From Fibrobacteria bacterium (GTDB lineage Bacteria > Fibrobacterota > Fibrobacteria > UBA11236), in contig JBJHDK010000071.1 in NCBI GenBank assembly GCA_050486505.1, forward strand, positions 1 through 10,647: 10,647 bases of DNA, in the 5' to 3' direction. Positions 1-6,600 of this stretch are shown piece after piece. The position numbers and the translations under genes are program-made. Positions within the stretch are counted from its first letter, which is position 1. Each line of letters starts with the position of its first letter. Under the pieces are notes generated by a model. That model was not told where the DNA came from. It did not search any database and worked only from the letters and a program-made list of their open reading frames with translations.

Positions 1-3000
1 ATGATACCCAGCGTCTGGACGACCGTGATGTTAAGAACCACGGTTGTTTCCCCGCTTGTATTCGACGCCGTCACCGTGTAGTTCGCTGCCGCGGTCGCCG
101 CGGTGGGAGTTCCGAGAATCGCACCCGACGCCGTGTTCAGGGACAACCCGACCGGCAGGGCGGGCGCGACCGACCAGGTCGTCACCGTTCCCGTGACGGT
201 CGGAATCCACGGTGTCAGCTGCGCTCCCGTGTACAGGGTATCCACAGCGGCCGCATACGACAAGCCGCTGGGCGGCGCGAGCGGGGTCACCGCGGTCGAG
301 GGAGACGAGGCCGGGCCGACCCCCACCGAGTTGGTCGCGGTCACCGTGAACGTGTACGCCGAGCCGTTCGTCAGGCCCGTCACCGTGCATGTCGTCGCGC
401 CCGTGGTGGAGCAGCTTCCGGTTCCGGGCGTTGCGGAAACGGTGTAGCCCGTGATCGCCGCCCCCCCGTTGTCGGAAGGAGCCGTCCAGGAAACCGCCAC
501 CTGTGCGTTGCCCGCCACTCCCGTCACCGCCGTCGGCGCGCCGGGAACCGTGGCCGCGGGAGTGACCGCCGTTGAAGGATCCGAGGTCGGGCCGACCCCC
601 ACCGAGTTGGTCGCAGTCACCGTGAACGTGTAGGCCGTGCCGTTGGTCAGGCCCGTCACCGTGCATGTCGTCGCGCCCGTGGTCGCGCATGTCGCACCGC
701 CGGGGGAAGCCGTGACGTTGTAAGACGTGATCGCCGCCCCGCCGTTGTCCGCAGGAGCAGTCCAGGAAACCGCCACCTGTGCGTTGCCCGCCACGCCCGT
801 CACCGCCGTCGGAGCACCGGGTGCGGAGGCCGTTGCTCCGATGTTAACCAGTGTCTGGTTGGGGCGCTGGTTCTGGAAACTGAGATCAAGCCAATCGTTC
901 GAACGCGCCACATTCGAAATCCTGACTTCGTCGATCATGCCGTTCAGGAACTGCGTCCCGTTACCCGCCGCTCCCGCGAAACCTCCAATGAACACATCCA
1001 CGTCCTGGTGTACTCCGTTTTGGTTCGCGGGTGTCGCCGTGCCCGGTGGCCCCTCCTGGTTGTAAACGCGCAGATTGTTCCCGGTCGCGCCAGAGCTGAA
1101 TGCCACGAAGGTCCAGTTTCCCGCAGCGTTGGGACGCGCGACCGAGAATGGGGCGGGAGCGACGGACGTGCGCAGAAAGCTGAAGGAACCGCCGTTGTCG
1201 TTCAGTGTTCGCAAGTGCCACTGCAGGTTGGTGTTGGCGGTTCCGGCACCGGAGTCGGCCTTGGTGACAAGCCCGCGCCGCAAGGCATTCGTTGGCGGCA
1301 GGGTTTCGGTGTTGACCCAGAGGGAGACCGTGAAGACCGCATCGTTTCCAACGTAATCGAAGGAGTTGTGCGTGTTCCCGCCACCCGAAGTCACGAGGCG
1401 ATATGCCCCGCCCACGGTAAAGTCCGTGGTGCCGCCTCCGAAATGCTTGGAATTGCCGATGATTCCTCCCGCGCCCGGCGCGGCATTGGCGGGGTTGACC
1501 GTGCCCGTCGGCACGCCCTTGAAGGCGTTGGCCGTGGCGTCGCGGATGCTGTCTCCCGCAGCCTCGTTGAGATGGAACACTGCCTCGAACCCGTTCGCCG
1601 TATCGAACACCGCGGCGCCGTTCGACTCACTTTCGGCCGCAGCATTTCCCCAGTACATGCGGATGAACTGGCTTGAGTTGTTCCCGAGAATCGTGTCCAC
1701 CAAAACCCAGATTGCTGCGTTCTGATTCGTCGCGTCCCAGTGCTCGATTTCGTAGGGCAGCGCCGTCTCGCCGTCCGCTTTGGAAAAGCGGATGTCAGCT
1801 CCACCCGCCTTGGCTTGGGAAAAAATCGTCGCTTCCCCCGAGCCCATGCGGATCAGCACGGGGAAGTCGTGTACGCTGCCTGCCACGTTGGCACCCGATG
1901 CGGAAGTGTTCAGCGCAATGGAACGGCTGTGATCCCAGGCGGCATAGGGGCCGGTTGCGGCCTGTGTCTGCGTTTCTCCCAGCGTCACTGCGGTCTGCCC
2001 TGGACGCTGCGTTTGGTATTCCAGATCGACCCAATCCACCGTACGCGACACGGTGGAGACGCGCACCTCGTCGATCAGACCGCTGAAAAAGTGACCCATG
2101 CTGTCGGTGGCGGCCGGGTCGAGATTCATGAAACCGCCGATCACGACGTCGTACTTCACGGGATTCTCCGGGAAGGTTGCAGTATTGTTGCTTGCTCCGG
2201 GATCGGTCGTGGAAAAACACGGATCGCACGGATTGAATGTCGACGTGCCTGAGGTCGGAATGGTCGTGTTGGAAGACACCACCGAGCTGCGTACCCGGAA
2301 TTGATGTCCGCTTGTCAACCCTGTCGCGCTGTAGCTCAGGTACGTCCAGTTTCCGATCGATTCTGCATGCGGCCCCGTGACAACGGAGTAATTTCCCGAA
2401 GCATTCGTGTTGGTCGGCTGGACATGAAACCGCTGCTGGGCGTTGTTCTGCGTGTTGGATCGCAAGTACCATTCCCGAGGCGAAGGATCGGCGCGGTTCG
2501 TCGAGTGGTTTCCCTTGGAAATGACGCCTCGCCGGTTGTCCGCGAAGGCCCCGTTATGGGCGCCGCCCGTGTTTTGCCCCGATGTCAGGTTGACCCACGC
2601 CGAGATGGTGAAAGTCGGCTCGGTGCCACTAAAGTCGAAGTCATTCGCCGTGCTCCCGTCAGCCGTGGTGAGGACGCGGTACGCGCCGCCGTTCAGGAGG
2701 TGCACCCGGTTCTCGGCGGCGACACCTCCATCGGCATTCGTACTCAGGGTGCCGCCGAAATCCTTGGCGTTGCCGAGAAAAGCGTCAGTGCCACCGGTCC
2801 CCGGAGGCACGTTGGCCGGATTCGCCGGCCCGCCGGGAACGCCTTTGTAATTGCCGGTGGCGTCCAAAGCCGGAGCACCCGTGGGTTCATTCAAATGAAA
2901 GACTGCCTTGTAGCCATTGGAGGCGTTGAACACCGCCGAAGGACTGGATTGACTCGGTGCCCCGGAACTGCCCCAGTACATGCGGATGACGGTGTTGTCG

Positions 3001-3347
3001 TTTCCTGCCACGACCGGCACGCGCACCCAGATCGCAGCATGCGTCGTCGACCAGTGCTCGATCTCGTAGGCAAGGGTCGTGGATCCGTCAGCCGTCGCGA
3101 AGCGAACATCCGCCCCGCCCGCCTCGGCTTCCGTGAGGACATCGGCGCCCGACGCCGCGTTGGCATTGCTCAGTCGCACCAGCAAGGGAAAGTGTTCCAC
3201 TGTGCCGGAGACGTTCGCTCCCCCGTCGGTGTTCATGGTATTGATCGTGACGGTCCTGTACTTGGACCAGGCTGAATAAGGTTGCGCGCTTCCTGCGGAA
3301 ACAAGCATTGCCAGGATCAGAATCGATGTCCATCCCTGATTGCGCAT
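1..3347 (-). CDS. Secreted modular protein (3'-truncated): signal peptide, 2x DUF2341-LamG modules, 2x FN3, He_PIG repeat; paralog of the upstream giant gene
   Basis: Manual translation of the minus frame from ATG 3347: MRNQGWTSILILAMLVSAGSA|QPYSAWSKYRTVTINT..HFPLLVRL..GGADVRF..IRMYWG..FTISAWVN..GLIDEVRVS.. / ..PGAPTAVTGVAGNAQVAVSWTAP..YTFTVTATNSVG.. / ..ALPVGLSLNTASGAILGTP..VVQTLGI. There is no stop down to base 3. The track lists no ORF in this frame, consistent with no stop in the window. In-frame ATGs also exist at 3452 and 3428; 3347 is preferred for its SD and the immediately following signal peptide. Confidence 0.92.
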   Translation of the reverse strand, partial: MRNQGWTSILILAMLVSAGSAQPYSAWSKYRTVTINTMNTDGGANVSGTVEHFPLLVRLSNANAASGADVLTEAEAGGADVRFATADGSTTLAYEIEHWSTTHAAIWVRVPVVAGNDNTVIRMYWGSSGAPSQSSPSAVFNASNGYKAVFHLNEPTGAPALDATGNYKGVPGGPANPANVPPGTGGTDAFLGNAKDFGGTLSTNADGGVAAENRVHLLNGGAYRVLTTADGSTANDFDFSGTEPTFTISAWVNLTSGQNTGGAHNGAFADNRRGVISKGNHSTNRADPSPREWYLRSNTQNNAQQRFHVQPTNTNASGNYSVVTGPHAESIGNWTYLSYSATGLTSGHQFRVRSSVVSSNTTIPTSGTSTFNPCDPCFSTTDPGASNNTATFPENPVKYDVVIGGFMNLDPAATDSMGHFFSGLIDEVRVSTVSRTVDWVDLEYQTQRPGQTAVTLGETQTQAATGPYAAWDHSRSIALNTSASGANVAGSVHDFPVLIRMGSGEATIFSQAKAGGADIRFSKADGETALPYEIEHWDATNQNAAIWVLVDTILGNNSSQFIRMYWGNAAAESESNGAAVFDTANGFEAVFHLNEAAGDSIRDATANAFKGVPTGTVNPANAAPGAGGIIGNSKHFGGGTTDFTVGGAYRLVTSGGGNTHNSFDYVGNDAVFTVSLWVNTETLPPTNALRRGLVTKADSGAGTANTNLQWHLRTLNDNGGSFSFLRTSVAPAPFSVARPNAAGNWTFVAFSSGATGNNLRVYNQEGPPGTATPANQNGVHQDVDVFIGGFAGAAGNGTQFLNGMIDEVRISNVARSNDWLDLSFQNQRPNQTLVNIGATASAPGAPTAVTGVAGNAQVAVSWTAPADNGGAAITSYNVTASPGGATCATTGATTCTVTGLTNGTAYTFTVTATNSVGVGPTSDPSTAVTPAATVPGAPTAVTGVAGNAQVAVSWTAPSDNGGAAITGYTVSATPGTGSCSTTGATTCTVTGLTNGSAYTFTVTATNSVGVGPASSPSTAVTPLAPPSGLSYAAAVDTLYTGAQLTPWIPTVTGTVTTWSVAPALPVGLSLNTASGAILGTPTAATAAANYTVTASNTSGETTVVLNITVVQTLGI
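282..821 (-). repeat. Two near-identical tandem fibronectin type III domains (276-bp period; 821-558 and 545-282)
   Basis: Both read PGAPTAVTGVAGNAQVAVSWTAPxDNGGAAITxYxVxAxPGxxxCxTTGATTCTVTGLTNGxAYTFTVTATNSVGVGPxSxPSTAVTP. DNA at 451-545 and 727-821 is visibly highly similar. Confidence 0.9.
861..1952 (-). other. Gene B DUF2341-LamG module 2 (module E)
   Basis: YAAWDHSRSIALNT..FPVLIRM..GADIRF..YEIEHW..IWVLVD..IRMYWGN..NGFEAVFHLNE..FTVSLWVN..NGMIDEVRISNVARSNDWLDLSFQNQRP. Confidence 0.8.
2001..3284 (-). other. Gene B DUF2341-LamG module 1 (module D)
   Basis: YSAWSKYRTVTINT..FPLLVRL..GADVRF..YEIEHW..IWVRV..IRMYWG..NGYKAVFHLNE..FTISAWVN..SGLIDEVRVSTVSRTVDWVDLEYQTQRP. Confidence 0.8.
3285..3347 (-). 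other. Predicted Sec/SPI signal peptide of gene B (21 aa), mature protein starting with Gln
   Basis: MRNQGW (n-region), SILILAMLV (h-region), SAGSA|Q (small residues at -3/-1); no lipobox Cys. Confidence 0.75.
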
Positions 3348-3352
3348 ACGAT

Positions 3353-3360
3353 CCACCTTT
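3353..3360 (-). promoter_or_regulatory. Shine-Dalgarno-like site for gene B
   Basis: Minus strand AAAGGTGG, 5 nt upstream of ATG 3347. Confidence 0.65.
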
Positions 3361-3545
3361 CGATTGGTGGGGCGTACGAGCGTCCCCGCCCGGGATCCGC
3401 TGCACTTCCCCTGGAGACTTCGGATCATGATGCCCGCAAACCCACGGTTCATGGTGCAAGGCCTTCAGCCCGTTCATCCAATCTATCGCGCGGCTTGAGC
3501 CGATGTTTGTCTTTGTAACGGTTGCTTTCAAAACCCCAAACAGCG

Positions 3546-3567
3546 CCAGTATTTTACCAGTATTTTA
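3546..3567. repeat. Perfect 11-bp tandem direct repeat CCAGTATTTTA x2
   Basis: ccagtatttta at 3546-3556 and 3557-3567. Confidence 0.9.
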
Positions 3568-3579
3568 CTCCTGTTGCAA
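3551..3579 (-). promoter_or_regulatory. Sigma70-type promoter for gene B: -35 TTGCAA, 17-nt spacer, extended -10 TGgTAAAAT
   Basis: Minus strand TTGCAA(3579-3574)-CAGGAGTAAAATACTGG(17 nt)-TAAAAT(3556-3551), in the only AT-rich patch of the window. Predicted TSS is ~3544. Confidence 0.65.
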
Positions 3580-3608
3580 AAAAAGGCCCCCGTTTCCGGG
3601 GGCCTTTT
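3578..3608 (-). terminator. Rho-independent terminator of gene A (possibly bidirectional)
   Basis: Minus strand AAAA-GGCCCCCG-GAAA-CGGGGGCC-TTTTTTT: 8-bp GC stem, GAAA tetraloop and U7 tail, 30 nt after the TAG. The plus strand has the same stem followed by T4. Confidence 0.92.
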
Positions 3609-3638
3609 CGTCATCGAAGCCTTGGAGGGAGGGAGAGG

Positions 3639-6600
3639 CTACCTCGGCTTCAGCGTGACGGTCTTGCGGACGTAGTGCGTCGTGTTTCCGTCATTGCGGA
3701 CGGAGATGCGCACCACGTACATGCCCGCCGAGGCCTGGGTGCCGGACGTGGTCCGGCCGTTCCAGGTCAGCTCGCGCGTCTTGTCCTTCGACGGGTTCAC
3801 CGTGTTCGACCAGATCGTGCGGCCATACACGTCCGAGATGCTCAGCGTCAGGCGCTCGGTCACCTCCACCGAACCGGCGGGCAACTGGAACGTGAACGGC
3901 TCCGCGCGGTTGTCCACATGGATCACGAACGCGCCCGGGGCGATCGACACCGGAGGCACCAGGTGACCCGGATTGCTCGTGGTGCTCGTCGTCGTGCCGT
4001 TCAGCGTCCGGGTCACCGTCACCGTGTAGGCGCCGACGTCACCCATCTCACCCGCCGACACCGTCAGCGTCGCCGTGTTCGCACCGGAGATGCGTCCGCC
4101 GTTGGAGAGGTTCGCACCGTCCTTCATCCACTGGTACGAGAGCGTGCCCGCGCTCGAACCGCCCGTGGTCGCGGCCGTCACCGAGAACGAGAAGTTCTGG
4201 CCGATGGCGAGCGTCACGCTGTCCGTGGGCTGCGCGGTGATGGTCGGCGCGGCGTTCACGAGGATCGTCGCGCTCGAGCTCGTCGACGAGGTCGTCGTGC
4301 CGCCCTGGTTGCGGGTCACCACCACCGAGTAGGCGCCGGTGTCGGCCAGCGTCACGTTCGACAGCGACAGGGTCGCTGCGGTCGCCCCGCTGATGTTGGT
4401 CGTGCCGCGGCGCCACTGGTAGCTCAGCGTGCCGCCGGCCTCCTGCACCACCACCGACATGTTCGCGCTCGCGCCCGCGACCACCGTCGCGCCCTGCGGC
4501 TGCGTCAGGATGTTCGGGGCCTGGTTGATGACCACGGAGGCGACATTGCTCTCGGTGAAGGTCGTGGTGCCGCCCAGCGTACGGATCACGCGGACGGTGT
4601 AGTTGCCCTGGTTGGCCAGCGTCGCGCCCGTGATGCTGAGCGTGGCGGCCGTCGCACCGGACACCAGCTCACCGTTGCGGTACCACTGGTAGCTCAGCGT
4701 GCCCGCGCTGGAGCCCGGACCGGAGGCTGCCGCCACCGTCAGGCTGCCGTTGCCGCCCTGGGCGATCGTGGTGGACGCCGCCGGCTGCGTGGTGATCGTG
4801 GGAGGGATGTTCACCGTCAGCGAGGCGTTGGCGCTGGTGGCCGTGGTCGTCGCACCGTTGAGGGTGCTGGTGACCACCACCGAGTAGGCGCCGGTGTCCG
4901 CGATGGTCGCGATCACCGAGAGGGTCGGGCCGGTCGCGCCGGAGATGTTCCCGCCGTTGGCCAGGTTCGTGCCGCCGCGGCGCCACTGGTAGCTCAGCGT
5001 GCCGTCGCCGGTGGCCTGCACGCCGATCACCGCAAGGCCGCCCGAGAGCACCGTCACCGCAGCAGGCTGCTGCGTGATGGAGGGAGCCGACAGGATCGTG
5101 ATGCTGATCGTGGCCGTGTCCGTGCCGCCGCTGTTGGACGCCGCCACGCGATAGTTCGCGGCGCCGGAGGCGGTGGGTGTCCCGCTGATGACGCCGGTCT
5201 CGGCGTTGAGGGACAGGCCCGCCGGGAGCGTCTCCACGGCGGTATAGCTCACCACCGCGCCGCCCGTCGACACGGGAGCGAGGGGTTCGATGGCCGTGCC
5301 CGCCGCATAGGTCTGCGGCGAGGCGTAGGAGATCGCAGGCGGCAGGTCGATGACCGCGATGTTGATCACGTGGGAGGCGAAACCTCCCAGGCCGCCTGCC
5401 GTGATCGTGTAGTCCTGGGCCGCCGCAACTTCGGTCGGTGTGCCGGAGATCGTGCCGGTCGACTGGTCGATGGCCAAACCGGCGGGAAGCGCAGGAGAGA
5501 CCGTGATGCTGTCGATCGGCCCGCTGCCCGTGGTGTCGGCCAGAAGCGGGGTGATCACGGTGTTGATGACGTACACCTCGCTCGTCGTCGCATACGAGAT
5601 CACTGGAGGCGGCTCGCTGGTCGTACGAATGATGAGCGTCGCCTCCCCGATGCCTCCCGGACCCATCGCCGTCACGGTATACAGCGTGAACGGGGAATCT
5701 CCTGTCGGGGTGCCGCTGATCACGCCCGTTTCCGTGTTGAACGACAGGCCGGTATTGGCAACAAGATCGGGCGCGATGGACCAGGACGTGATCGGGCCGC
5801 TGCTCCCGCCGATCGTCGGCGCGTTGGGAGTGATCGCCAGGTTGACCGTGTACACGGCGGGCGTGTTCTCATAGGTGATGACAGGCGGAGGGGCGCTCGT
5901 TGTAAAACTCCATGCCTGGGACCATTCGCCCGGGCCGGTCGAATTGATCGCGCGCACGCGCCAGAAGAGCTCCGTCGCGTACGGGGCTTCGTTGATTGCG
6001 AACGTCGTATCGGTGCCGGGAACCGTGATGTCGAAAAGGTCACCCCCCATGAATGCGTTGGTCGCATCCACCTGGATCTGGTGCCCGATGACCGCGGGCG
6101 CGGACTCGTTCCAGACGAGGGCAAGAGGAACCTGCACGCCTGTCGAACCGTTCGCGGGCGCGACCAAGGCGACTGCACCAGGAGGCGGAATCACCACTTC
6201 GATCGTCAGGTTCGCCGTGGCGGTTCCGTTGGCGTTGGTGGCGGAAACCACATGCACTGCGGATGCCGTGATCTCCGTGGGGGTGCCGGTGATCTCGCCG
6301 GTCGTCGCGTTCAACGACAGCCCCGCGGGAAGCGCGGGATCCACCGTGAACTCCGCGACGTCACCGGTGACCGTGGCCGTGTTCGGGGCGATCTCCACGC
6401 CGACGTGGTATTGCGCAGGGTTGGTCGCGTACGAAAGCCCCGTGGGAGGACCGGGATTCACCGTGATGGCGAGTACGTGACTCGAAGATCCGCCCGCGTT
6501 CGAGGCGGTGATGGTGAACTCCACGTTATCGACCGTCGCCAGCGGCGTGCCCGATATCGCGCCCGTCTCGGTGTCCAGCGACAGTCCGGCCGGAAGCGAA

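Noticed and set aside
282..821. Repeat pair as a DGR template/variable region or CRISPR-like array
   Set aside because: Both copies are in-frame FN3 coding units, and differences are not confined to adenines. There is no reverse transcriptase, cas gene or repeat-spacer pattern in the window.
3426..3452. In-frame ATGs at 3452 and 3428 as the start of gene B
   Set aside because: No clear SD, and they would add a 27-35-aa polar extension before the signal peptide. Disfavoured but not excluded.
3390..3480. Assignment of the leader to a known riboswitch (c-di-GMP-I/II, cobalamin)
   Set aside because: Only fragmentary motif resemblance; the order and spacing of consensus elements are not convincingly met.
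31..3531. Numerous short and medium ORFs on both strands (e.g. 31-690, 1008-1676, 1795-2472, 2301-3275, 3088-3531)
   Set aside because: All overlap gene B in alternative frames and have typical high-GC shadow composition.
3624..3638. Purine/pyrimidine tract (plus strand GGAGGGAGGGAGAGG) just after gene A's stop
   Set aside because: SD-like on the plus strand but with no credible downstream gene; probably an ordinary 3' UTR.
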